Translations under genes and position numbers: made by a program
Assembly (NCBI GenBank): GCA_028534125.1
Contig: CM052816.1
Coordinates: 53,074,001 to 53,138,000, forward strand
DNA: 64,000 nt
Reading direction: 5' to 3'
DNA from: Lama glama
Lineage: Eukaryota
Shown: piece by piece, positions 37,661 through 50,117 of the stretch
Layout of the letters: every line of letters starts with the position of its first letter
Numbering within the stretch: the stretch's first letter is position 1
Notes under the pieces: generated by a model
Seen by the model: only the letters and a program-made list of their open reading frames with translations
Databases searched by the model: none
What the model was told of the DNA's origin: nothing

Positions 37661-40600
37661 ATACATGCAACAATTGCAATTTAAAAATGGAGTTTTAGGG
37701 AATGTATAAAGTTAAACAGTATTAATTGTATACTGGTCCCATTCCAGAGAGGGTTCTGCCCACTAATTTTTGTCCCACTGATACAAGAGTTTTAATTCTT
37801 AGTGTCTGCTATGGCCAAAATATGCTTTACGGTTTAACACATTTTATAACATAAAGAGGTCATGCCATATGTTAGCAAATACTGCTACACAGTTCAGCTT
37901 TGGAGAAACAAGGTTCCCCCCGCCCTATCCCCTCTTTATACAGAATTTTAAAATTTTAATAGGTTCATGTAATGAAAAAGCCCCATATTCCCACTGTGGA
38001 AATACTATACCTGATAAACTGTTACAGCTGTGTCTAACAGTCCATTTAAAAATGAATTTTATAGAAACATCTCATTCCACAATGAAGAACCAAGGAATGA
38101 TTGTTTTTATGCTGCTTACGAACTCAATAAGCCTATAAAATATACATTAAGTGAGCAATTCTCATCTTTTAAGAATCTTCTTTAGCCAGGTATTTCCTCA
38201 TACTGCTACACTACAGTACCATTAAGATTTTAAATCATTAGGAATACCTTTTCTATACATGCCACGTTGGTTATACATACATAATTTTAGTCATATTAGT
38301 AGAGGAAATATTTAAATTGACATTCAAGTGAGCAGTAACTAACTTCCAAACATCCAAGCCATCATCTACTTGCTTCCCTATTTTAAGTATACTGCAGTTG
38401 AGACTAGATTGGTAAATTAACTTCTAAACTGATTCAGCATAAGCAAGCAGCTGTTTGTGGATTCGTGATACAAAATGATACATTAACAGTCAAATATTTT
38501 AAACCACATAAATAGTACAGGTAAGTTTGGAATTGGAAACATGATCATATATAAGTACCATCATAACTATATACAAATTTTATACTAAGGGCAAAGATGC
38601 TCATTTTATTAGGGGAAAGGAAAAAAAGGAAACTGTGCTTATATAATTTTCGTTGGGTTCTGAAATTGCCTATTAATTAAAATGAGGAATCAACTGGAGA
38701 AATGGACTGGAGTTTATTATCTGTGAGAACTCCAGAGGTTGATGGCCTCTAGTAACGTGATTTGCAGGAGGCGGAACCTGAATCTGGAGGAAGGGAAGTG
38801 GATGTGTTGGAGAAAGTTATTTAACCAGAGCACGAGCACAGCTGGCTGCTCCTCACCTTCAGGTGTAAGACAGCTTGCAGAGCACTACAGAGGGTGTGCT
38901 GACTGCAGCGGACACACTCCTCGAGGGTGCGCAGGGGTCTCAGCACCCTGCGTTATCTGCTAGAAACAGTACAACATGGCTTGGGAAAACAGATTATAAA
39001 GTGAGTATTGTCTTTTAATGGAACCCCAGCTGTTAACACTAAGAGCAATTCCCTCTCGATATATTCAAGTTCCAGTGCTTCTGCTGTGATGACACTACAT
39101 CTTCCTGTATTTTTGTAAATATCAATAAATAAAACCGAAAAAAAAGTGTTATGAACAAGTATCCAAAGGCATAAAATTGATACATGATTTTTTTAAGGTT
39201 TACAAATCTCCTTTAAAACTTTTTTTCAGATATGTCAATCAAATCAGTCATTCTTTAGGTTAAAATGCATGTTTCAATGCTTTGCTGAAGGGGTGTTAAA
39301 AAAATCTACAACCCTCCCACTGTAATTAGGGGGTGAAGATTAACTTTATATTAGATCTGTACTTCCAATATTCCCAAAGTGTGAGAATAATGCTAGAATA
39401 AAACCAATGTATTATGAAAATGCTCAGTCTCATCAAAAAATATATTTCCAACATTTAAGCAGATTTTGGGTTTTTTTTATATAACCTGTTGCCAGAAAAT
39501 TTTCAGAAAATTATTTGAGAGGAAGTAACATTTTCCAGTGGCAAACGTAAGCATTTCTTTTTTCCTTCAGGAACACCAATTCGGGCACACTGGAGGGCTT
39601 CTACCCAAGGACTGCTTTCTGGGTCTAGGTCAGAGAACTGCCTCACAAGAAATAAAGTTCTTTTTGGTACTTCAGCCCTTAACTCCATTCATATAAAGGT
39701 CAAGACCTGTCCTACACAGAATTACACTCTCCAGAGTACTGTAAACTGTGTCCAACATATCCATCTTAATTCAAACCCACAACAGTCCTGCTGAGAATTC
39801 GTAACAGCTCCATTCAGATAGATGCATTCCTGAGGACATTACAGCAAAATCGACACTAGAGTTACATACCTATGTTTAAAAACTTAGTGACACTAACAAA
39901 GGCTCTCTCCCAAAATTTAACTCAAAGCGTGAGAAGACAGTGAAACACCAGCCAGAGGCTTTTCTTCCTGTCCACTTTCTGCATATCTGTAGAGCACTTT
40001 TTTTTGCACTGTGGAGCATGAAAATAAAAACTTAAATGGTGCATGTTAAAAATACCTGTATCCCTATTACTGAATCCTGAATTTTGATTCTCAATAGGAA
40101 AGTCATGTTGAGTTATAGTAATCAAGCAATAGTTCAAACAAAAAGACTAAAAATAATTTGAAACATCAAATTACAAAGTATTGCTTTCCATAAACAAAGC
40201 TGCACATAAAATTCAAACTATTATAAATTCACAATTATGAAGAGCTATTTAAAAGCATGGACATTTTTACTTTGAAACCTTACAAACTGTAGTGTGTGGT
40301 CTTCTAAAAATATGCCATGTTAAGTGTATCACATTGTGGTAAACACAGTAATAAGTGTATCTCCATGGTAATGTATTTTTTCAGATGTTGCTGAACATCT
40401 TTATGAAAATTCCTTTGGAGATATTAATGTGGGAATTATCAGTGCATTTCCATCGGATTTCTTCCAACTCCTGTCCTACAGCTATCATGATTAACTTCTT
40501 TTTCAGAGTGTCACACTATTTATTTAAGCTGACATGGAAAAAGCTCTGTATTTTGAGCAGATGACTGACTATTCAGTGCACTGAACGATGGATTTCACCA

Positions 40601-41229
40601 AAGCAGTCTCAGTACAGCTCACAGTAAATCTGTCAACCCAGTGTTCTTCCAACTTGTAGCAACCCCTAGCTTTACTGGCCACTGCAAGAAAATGTAAATG
40701 GGTGGACAGGTGGGGAAGGTGCTTATAAAACAGGAATCTTCAGAAGGCCTTTTCTTCATAGCAGTCAGGAACATTGCACGTCTAAACTCATATTAACCAC
40801 CATGTATTGCAATGACTGGGAAAGTGATAACTTGCCAATTGTGCTTCCTTTTTTACACCACTGAGCCAATACACTTTGAATCTAATGGAATCCAAATGTG
40901 GAACCAAACGTTTAAAATTTTGCTCTCCAAAAGAATATAAGCCGATGTTCAACTGTAGGCATTTTTTTCATTCTGTTGAGTCACCTGTTTATAAACAAAG
41001 TAATACAGTGTATTAAAAAGGATGGCCTATTAAAGAGTACGTATTTATGTTCCCTCACACCATTTGCAATATCCAGTATGAACACTGGTGATTTTTCCTT
41101 TAAGTGGTTTTTCATACAGATGATGTACAGGAGGCACCTTTTTTTTTGTTTAAGGATGTTTGTATTAAAGTAATAAAAATAAAAACCAAATAATTTCAAC
41201 ACAAATTATGATCACTGTTAAAAGATCAC

Positions 41230-41490
41230 ATGTCATGGTTACTCTAGTTATTACTGCTGTGTAATATACAGGAAAGTTGTAAAGAGGGTAAATCCTAAGA
41301 GTTCTCATCACATGGAGAATTTTTTTTCTTTTTTTCCTCCTGTTTCTTTTGTTTAAGATAGAAGTTGGCTAAACCTAACGTGATAATCATTTCACAATAT
41401 ACGTAAAGCAAACCTTTACGCCGTATGCCTTAAACTTTCACAGTGATGTATGCCAATTATTTCTCAATAAAGCTAGGGAAAAGAATTTTT
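41230..41490 (+). mobile_element. L1 3' terminus in JMY 3'UTR intron
   Basis: gaaagttgtaaagagggtaaatcctaagagttctcatcaca...ccttaaactttcacagtgatgtatgccaattattttctcaataaagct. Confidence 0.8.
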
Positions 41491-41859
41491 TTTAAAGGTT
41501 GTATGTTACATTAACTTTCACTTTCACTCTTAACCATTGTATGCCAAAACTATACACTAAAAAGAAAAATACAATCTAAAATCTTTGCCTCATGAACTTC
41601 CAGTACGACAAGAACTACCAAATGGCACCCTTAAAATATACTAGAGAGTGACTTTTGTTTTATTGAGATTTAGAGGACAGGGTTAGTACTGGTCTTTAAA
41701 TGGAGGTTTTTACCAGGACCTTTTAAAATTCAAACTAGTTATGTCTGAGATCCATGAACTGACCCCCACAGCACAAGAGAATATATATAAAAGACCTACT
41801 TGTCAGATAAAAGCAGATTTGCACATGAATAAAGATGGAACTTACTTTATTACAGTTCC

Positions 41860-42265
41860 GCATTACTGCATACTGCAGCACTGCAGCTACATGTGGCTTT
41901 TGAGCACTTGAAGTCAGTCTAGTGTGACTGAGAAACTAACTTTTTAATTTAAGTTAAAATCTGAAATTTTGTATAAAGTATTTTTCCACTAAGCACAACT
42001 TTGTTGTTTTGGTAGGATGATTCCCTTTAATATGGAATACTTGGCATCCATATTGAGATGGTACTACTAGGAAGTGTAAAAACTGGACTTTGAAGACTCA
42101 GTATCAAAAAATACGTATACTACGTTGTGGAATTTGATCTGATACTCTTTTGGATATAACATGTAAAATAAAACATTACTAAAAATCAGTTTCATGTGAA
42201 AATTTTTAAAATGTAAAACTATTACAACATCCTTGGCTTACATTATATTTCTGTTGGATACCATC
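41860..42265. mobile_element. hAT/Charlie-derived DNA transposon remnant (MER3/MER33-like)
   Basis: cagctacatgtggcttttgagcacttgaag...ggcttacattatatttctgttgga termini-like motifs. Confidence 0.55.
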
Positions 42266-43069
42266 ATTATAGTTACTTCATAAGTTAAGGAAGGAACCCA
42301 TAGGAAACAAATTAGAAACAATAAAAAGGTCTATACAATTATATATATATATTTCCTTAAGTTTAGAAATCCCTTCAAGAGACACTACCACCTATGGCTA
42401 CATCTGAGATGAGTTTTTAGAAGAGGGTGAGGCTGAACACCTCCAGCACCTTCATTTTTTATTTCATGAAGTTTTAAGAAACTAGTTTGTAATTAATGAT
42501 TTTAAATCTGTAAGAAAGAAACCCTTTAATAGGAAATTAAAATTTATATAGCCTTTTAGCCATCTGTAGAAAAGTACCTAAAAGTTCAGAGTCTTTAAAA
42601 ATGAGTTCCTAACACCACACACAGGCAGTGTACACAGCTCTTTATCAATGGCTGCTTTATCGGTGGGGATTACAACTAGTCCTTGGCTTGCTTCTGGTGT
42701 TGGATATACTTAGTCTTTTAAAAGTGTGCTGGCTGGGCTCTGGGGGGATGGGAGAAGATAAACACAGGTGGGCTGGCCTGTGCTGCTGCTGCTGGGCCAT
42801 GTACCCTGACTGTGCCACTGCAGGCGCTGTGACAAAAGGACTAAACACAAGTTTACGTGTAGGTCCAGCTTCCAAGATGATCATTTTTGGCATCGCTTTA
42901 GCAGTTTACTGAGAAGCTACACGCTGAAGGGGACAAGGCAATAGGTAACAAGCACTGTGAAATGAGCAACAATCTAAAAATAACAAGTGTGGAAAAGATT
43001 CCCAGTCAGGCACAACTGAGTCTCTAGACAAACTCACATGGTGAGTAGACACACTGATGTGCAGGCATA

Positions 43070-43110
43070 TGTGTGTGTGTGTGTGTATATATATTTATAT
43101 ATATATATAT
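43070..43110 (+). repeat. (TG)n(TA)n compound microsatellite
   Basis: Direct reading. Confidence 0.85.
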
Positions 43111-43714
43111 TCATATTCCTCTACAAAGCATAGGGTACAAATGTACAAGCACAAATGGTTTGAAATTATTTTGGGATCCAACAATTTGGAGGAACAGTAA
43201 GTGACTGATAATTAAGACCTCTAAAAGTAACAGGAAAATAGGATGCCAAGAGTCCAAGACTCGTAGCAGGACAGTGTTACTATCAAACATTGGTTAGAGT
43301 ACATTAAAGGTGACAGAAAACCACTTATCAAGATTTTTCATCCTTTTGGCTAAGCAACTGATTGGTGCAGGTGCTGGTGGGGAGGGACGGGGCTGGGAGT
43401 GTGGCGGTGGATCACTTTCCTGATGTGCCCCATGCCCAAAAGGAATGGGTAAAATTGTTTTCAGTAATATTTTGATATATCTAGAATAGTATCTTTCAAC
43501 ATTTAATCAACATTTTAAAAACGAATGACACAGTTTTTGGGGTGTTTTGTAGTTAAGTCTTCAAAATCCACTATGTATGCCTACATATACTTCAGTTAGT
43601 TCTACTCTGCCAAAATCTTTGGTCATGAAGACCATGAATCTGCATTTTTAATAAGCTGCCCCTTCCCATCCTGTAATTCTTAAGATCAGGCATGTTTAAG
43701 AATCACTATGCCAA

Positions 43715-44334
43715 TTTCCCTGATATTGGTGATGTTGAGCAGCTTTTCATGTTCCTGTTGGCCATCTGCATTTCCTCCTTTGGAAAAATGTCTGTTCAGT
43801 TCTCCTGCCCATATTTTAAATGGGTTGTTTGTTTTTTGTTGTTGTTGTTGCTTACTTTTTAATTGAAGTACAGTTGATGTAAAATGTTGTATTAGTTTCT
43901 GATGTACAGCATGGATGGATTTGGAGGGCATTATGTTAAGTGAAATAAGTCAGACAGAGAAAAACAAATTCCTTAAGATATTACTTACATGTGGAATCTA
44001 AAAAAAAAAAAATACAGCAAACTAGTGAATATAACAGAAAAGAAACAGACTCACAGATGTAAAGAAGGAGCTAGTGGTTACCAGTGGGGAGAGGAAGGGG
44101 GGAAAGGCAAGATGGAGGTGGAGATTAAGAGGTACAAACCATCAGGTATAAAATAAGCTACAAGGGCGTATTGTACAACATGAGGAATACAGCCAGTATT
44201 TTGTAACTATAAATGGAGTATAACCTTTAAAAATTGTGAATCACTATATTGTATACCTGTAACATAATACTGTACATCAACTATACTTCAATTATTGTAA
44301 AATAAATACATAAATAAAGTTAAAAAAGTAAAAA
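43715..44334 (+). mobile_element. 5'-inverted (twin-primed) L1 insertion with 17-bp TSD
   Basis: TSD AAGAATCACTATGCCAA at 43698-43714 and 44335-44351. 43715-43910 is antisense L1; 43911-44334 is sense L1 3'UTR with A-rich tail. Confidence 0.88.
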
Positions 44335-45177
44335 AAGAATCACTATGCCAAGGATTAAATTTATTATTCCTTTATCTACTCCCACCAGGACTATGAGTCT
44401 TCCTGCTTTTTGTGAAGCCCACAGAAATATACTCCATCAAGCGAGCATGATGATTAACAGAATAATATTATTTGCATAGTTTATATTTTGCACAAATTAC
44501 ATTTCAGTTATGGTCATTAGCAATCCTATATACTAGGATTGTTCTATCTTTACCAATTCTACATACAGAATAATTTGTGCCACATTACTACAGAATCAAC
44601 TATTAAAGTGTATTGGGGACAACTTTCTACTACCCTGGGACAATGCCAGAAGTGTTATCAATACCAGAGAGATACTCAATAAAATATGTATACAATTTTA
44701 TATATTTATTCTGTTAGCTGCAATTTTATCTAGACAATGGAGTAACTATGATAAACATCAATTTTAAAGGTTTAGAAAGCGAAATAATCAGACAATACAA
44801 TGACTTTTATAGAGTCCTTTGTGCGCAGCTAACAAAACAACAAAATTCAACATGCATAACAGAGTTTGCAATCAAAATACATTAGAAAAGGACTTCTCTG
44901 CTCTTTAAAGCCAGAATAACACTGCCACTTCACTAAATTAAGAATGACTTCTTTACTTTAATGAGCAGGATATAAGAAACACAGCATTTACATAGGAATA
45001 TCTTTGGAAAGTACTTTTTTGTTATGTTGCTAGAAACCACAGTAGTAAAACCTGTTTACAAATGAATGATCCACGCTATATCTGAACCTCAGACTCAATG
45101 AAATATAACAAGATTCATCATTCAGTATAAAAGCTGTATTACTGAATGCTACTGAAGAAAGTAAGATCATTTACCTG

Positions 45178-45485
45178 TTAGTTCTCCCAGTCTGTGCAAG
45201 GCAAAGCTTCCTCTTCATCCTCTGATTCAGGGGATGCTTCTTTGATTCTTCTAAGAGCTTCATGGATGCTCCGTGTTAGTGGGTCTGTGTCGGGCAGCAG
45301 CGTGAAGGATTCTCTCAAGACTTCCTTCTGTACCTTCTTCAATTTTACTCCCTTCCTTATCTGTGCCAGGATATTATTACTATCATCTTCATCAGGAAAA
45401 GGAGGCAGAGTTCGCTGTTCAACCTTTTTCAGATGAAAACTACCACGCTTCAAGGAAGCTAGCACCTCATCCATGGGTGAGCTCA
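45178..45485 (-). CDS. JMY: JMY last coding exon: WH2-WH2-C-A actin-nucleation/Arp2/3-activating end (...EEEALPCTDWEN*)
   Basis: Acceptor ttttctaaag|TG; WH2 motifs FHLKKV and VKLKKV; acidic tail with Trp; TAA 45180-45178 followed by CAG|gtaaat donor. Confidence 0.96.
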
Positions 45486-46554
45486 CTTTAGAAAATGAAA
45501 GAGAACAATTACAGTTAGGGCTGCACTTAGAACCAAACTGCATAACCTCCAGATTTTAGGGCTGTGATAGCCCCAGATGCCAAAAACACCAACTACACAA
45601 GGGACGGTGAAGCATGGACAGAATGTTTCCAAAACACAAAGGATCCTAATTATGCTTGTTCAAAAAAAAAAAAAAATTCCAGACTCACATTCCGTGTCAG
45701 TATTACTGACAGTCCTATCATTTCCTGTGTGAGAAGTGAGCAGACTGGGGGCTGGGGAGTGATCTTTAATATTATGGGTGAGACTCCCAAAGGGTTTCCA
45801 TAATGTAAAAAGTTCAATCTAAATTCAGACAGTGATTGTATTGTACATTTAATTAAAAAAAAAATCTGATTCATTATGGTGATTGTGCTTTTTTTCATTT
45901 AGTTGTTTTACGTAATATTCTACTTGGGTTAGGATAAGAAATATTTCACAGGATGGTCTCTCAGATTAAAATCTAATATGCAAATAAAATGTTCTCTGCA
46001 TGGAAGCTAAAGCTTCTTAAAAGGCCAGAATTATTCACTGTTCTTTTCAAAAATAGCTTTATTAAAGCATATCTGATGTGCAATTAATTGTACGTATTAC
46101 TACTCCCTATTCTTCTTTGCTTCTTTATACAAAGAGTATGCCAAGGTCCTCCAAAACTATGTTACATGGCTCTGCCACTGTTGTCCTAGTGTGACAGTCT
46201 TCCCCAGGTAGCTTCCCTTTGCTGATGTGAATACCTTTCTTGTTCTTCTGAAACTTAGAATCAGTTCAGCACAGAAGGAGCCATCTAATATATGTTACCA
46301 AATAGACTCAGTCAGAACATACATAATTTTAAAAACTAAGAGCACAAGAAGGTACACATTTCTGTGTCTTCACACATTTGAAAATGGGTTGGTAAGAATT
46401 CTGCTGTGCTGAGACCCTGAAAACCTGTCTGCTATCAAATAAAGTCCAAAAACGAAATGTTTAAATCTTCGTAATATCCTAGGAAATAAACAGTCCTTTG
46501 ATTATATGCCTCACTTAGTCAACAGATGAGCACAAAAATATCTTTTTAACTTAC

Positions 46555-47134
46555 TTCTCCTCCTCTGCAAACCTTCAGCAGTCTTTTTGAGCTTCTTCCT
46601 GGCGCTGACCAGCTGGCTGCTGTCAAAGAGGTGTGCTGAGGGGGCGCTAGCTGACTTTGGGATCCTCTTCTCGGTCCCCTCCATTCTAGGCAGATCTTTC
46701 TCCAGTGTCTCTGGGGTGCTGTCCTTGCCAACAGGCAGAGGTGGTGGTGGGGGGGGAGGGGGAGGTGGCGGGGGAGGCGTTGGAGGGAGAGGCGGTGGGA
46801 GTGGATCTACTGTAACACAACCCGGCCTAAGGTCAGTATTATTTAAAAGTGGAAGAGATACAGTGGGAGGCAGTTCAGAGGTAACACCACTGAGAGGTAA
46901 TGATGTGGCTTCAAGTTGTGCTAATGACTTATCTTCAAGTTGTGTGAGGCTTTGGGCTTCTGGTGCCTGGGGTGACCGGAGTGTGCCTCGTCCTTCCTCC
47001 ACCTCCTCGTTTTTCTCTCCTACCTGTAGAGAGTCGCACTGGCCTTCACAGGGCACAGGACTGGCTGCACTTCTTCTTCTTGCATGAGCCAGTCGCAGTC
47101 TGGTTGATTTAAGTATCACCTGACCAGGGTACCT
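46555..47134 (-). CDS. JMY: JMY large exon: RYPGQVILK..., polyproline tract (P13), first WH2 (LFDSSQLVSARKKLKKT)
   Basis: Acceptor gatttttttag|AGG, donor AGAA|gtaagt; 580 bp, phase 0 to 1; ORF 46511..47119 in track. Confidence 0.94.
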
Positions 47135-48361
47135 CTAAAAAAATCAGAAGTTATTTTAACTGGTTAGATTATATTAAAACCATTTATGAACAAATGGCTG
47201 TTTATTTTCTCCCTCCAATATAATGTTATTTTAGAGCTTTTGTGATTTTTTAGGGAAAATATGCAGAAAACCAAACTGTAACACCTTTTAAAATAATTAT
47301 AATCAAACTTTTTATTACCTGTTTATCATCAAATCCTTGTCCCCTCGTATCCAGTTAAAAGGTCAACTGTTCAGAATTACCACATGCTTTTCTGAAATAT
47401 CTTTAGTCAACAAAGTTACTAATTTAAATAGAAAACTAATACCAATGTAAAATATAAAATAGCATGTGATGTCAAATATATATGCTATTGGTATGCAGAA
47501 AGCTAACAAAAAACTATTCTTAATTTCTTACATGTATTTTCAAATGCTTACAGATAAAAATTAAAACATTACTGTTCTCTTTAAAAGGTTTACATGGCAT
47601 TTTTAAAAGCTCTGAAAACAATATATGCATTTTATGATAGAATAGAAGGAATAAAATTTCTTGGAGTACTGATACACAGAACTCTCATTTTTTACTATGG
47701 TAAAACCTAGCATTAAAGCATTGGTAGGCAATATTTTCTTAACACAAGGCTTATCCTTGTGTTAAGGACCCCATTCCCACTCACTCTAACCCTTTTCACT
47801 TGATTAAAAGCGTCCTTTAAAAAAAAAAAAAAAAACCTTCCTTCACCTATAAGGTGATCCCTCAGAACACAGGGTGGAAGTAAGGCTCCTGAATACACCA
47901 AGAACTAGAACTACCTGGTTTAAGACCATTCCAAGAACACGTTTAGCTGCTGCAATATCAATGTCCAGAGTCATGGATTAGCCTTGCAAGAGAACTGCTC
48001 AAGTTCTTCTCATGTGTGCTGATCCATCTTCTAATTCTGCCATTGCTCATTTCCACAAATTACCAAAGGCTGACGTATACGGAATTAATAACAAGTGGAT
48101 GCATGAAATGGATTCTCGGTTGTGAACTAACTCACAACTCAAGAGGAATCCAGGCTTCTCAAAGATCCTGACCATTCCTCTCACTACAGAAGAGGTAAGC
48201 CAAGGTTCAATTTAAAAGGTCTACCATGACTATAATTATTTACCAAATAACAAAGGGAAAAATCAAGTCTTTCTAATGCAAAGAAATCTTACAACAGGAA
48301 TGTGTATATAGTTCTGTTTAAACAGCAATGAAAAATAATAAATTGACCATACTTTTACTAC

Positions 48362-48457
48362 CTGTTTAAAGGTTCGAAGCCTATCCAGTGTTCTCTGTCT
48401 TTCTTGGCTAACCCAGGCACTTTTTCTTTCTTCTTCATCATGCAATTTTTCTCTTTT
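48362..48457 (-). CDS. JMY: JMY coding exon (KREKLHDEEERKSAWVSQERQRTLDRLRTFKQ)
   Basis: Acceptor tttttaccag|AAA, donor CAG|gtagt; 96 bp in frame. Confidence 0.93.
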
Positions 48458-49993
48458 CTGGTAAAAAATCAATAGTAATTCCATTATGATGTGTCCATAA
48501 TTTTATCACTTATAGGAAAACAGAAGACAGTTCTCCCAATACCAAAATGATGCAGATAAAGAATGATGCATTAAGCAAAATGTTTTATGGCATGAAATGG
48601 TTTCTAACAGAAATGATATTGCTGTTTCACTTTTTGCATGTATTCCCTATTAAAGATGTTTACTCTGTAAAGTAACATAGTATTTTCTCTTAACTGAAAA
48701 ACGTTTCATCTTTGGGGTTCTCAAACAACTTCAGTATGCATTGCTTATAGCTGCTATATATTCTGCTAACTCAAATAGTTTACCTTAAAAATAAAAAACC
48801 ACTTGGTCAGTAATTTAGATATTATATATAGGTTAAGCCTGGTGTTCTGCAGATAATATCTACTATTACTGTATCTGTTCTTCCTGTGATCAGTTTCATT
48901 TTTTCCTTCCCATTCTCCAATCCCAAACCTCTTTTATTCTGTATTTCCAGTCTGGATTAACAGTGCAACTACCGCTCCATGTTGGCAAAGTTAAACCCAA
49001 ATTCCTTTCTAAAGGAAAGAAAGTAGAATTCTTGGCAGAAGGATAAAGAATGAAAATAGTGTTTTTGACAATCTCACTACTGAAGGACAGGTAACTGGTA
49101 TGCAGTTACCAATTAGGGAATGCACCGAAGAGTGCCATGATGTCCAACCAGTTCCCCAGAGGGATGTAACTACCACACACAATACAGATCATTTCCACTT
49201 TTATCTCTTGGTGAGGTGCGCTGGATCCTTTGTGTGTAATCAGCCCCTTTGGACTGATGGTCAGGGTGGGGCAAGGGTGAGTAAAGATGAACTTTCTTCC
49301 ATCTCTTTGCCTTCTGACAGGTCAAAAAGACCTTTCCCATTTAGAGAACTCTCACTGGGAGGGTCTTAAGAGTTCACAAAGACCATTAATAAATTAGCAG
49401 ATACTAAGTAAGGCATCTCTCAGTAACAGTCCCAGATTGCTACATAATCATAAAGGCTTCTGGATGGGAAATTAAAGAGAAGACATGGCCTCAGTTCTTC
49501 ATTAAAAGCAGACATAAAGGTCCCATGTTGGTTCTGTCCTTTAGAGAGGAAAGCCCAGAATGGCTCAAGGACACAATGAGGCAAGAACTTACCCCAACTC
49601 CTCACCCCTAATCCTTACTCACTTCCATTCACGTAGCTGAGTCAGCAAAACGAAGGACAACTACATCTGGTAACCACCTGGAGTTGGGAGTGAACTTGTG
49701 CCTTCCCACACTGGCATACTCAGGGACAAAGGGTATTTCTAAGGCCTGTAGTGTAGCCCAGGATCAGAGATGAAAAGATTTTTCTATACTTAAGAGTATG
49801 TTATTCAATGGCTATAGTGCTTAGTACTTGAGAAAAAATCAGTTATCTAAGAGATGATTGGTGTTTTCAAACTGTGAATCTCTAACAAATACATAAAGAA
49901 CTGAATGTGAAGTTCAGGAATAAAACTGATTAATCATACTGCTGTTCTGACAGCTGGTATATCTAGAGTCAGATCTCACTATAATCTAAAGAA

Positions 49994-50117
49994 GGGGGAT
50001 ATTGTATCTCAGTGGCAGAGTATGTGTTAGCATGCACAAGGTCCTGGTTCAATCCCAGTACCTCCATTAAAATAAACCTAATTACTCCCTCAACCCTAAA
50101 CAAAACCAAAAATAAAA
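49994..50117 (+). mobile_element. tRNA-derived SINE (same family, more diverged)
   Basis: ctcagtggcagag...ggtcctggttcaatcccagtacctccattaaaataaacctaattac followed by an A-rich tail. Confidence 0.8.

Larger units (their letters stand above)
36070..40681 (-). other. JMY: JMY terminal non-coding exon (3'UTR)
   Basis: Strong acceptor tttacattttcttgcag|TGG at 40682/40681; no recognisable repeats inside; AATAAA (- strand) at 36099-36094 with GT-rich tttggtttgttt about 30 nt downstream. Contains the N gap. Confidence 0.7.

Noticed and set aside
46587..47087. 166-aa Gly-rich + strand ORF
   Set aside because: Antisense shadow of the JMY polyproline exon.
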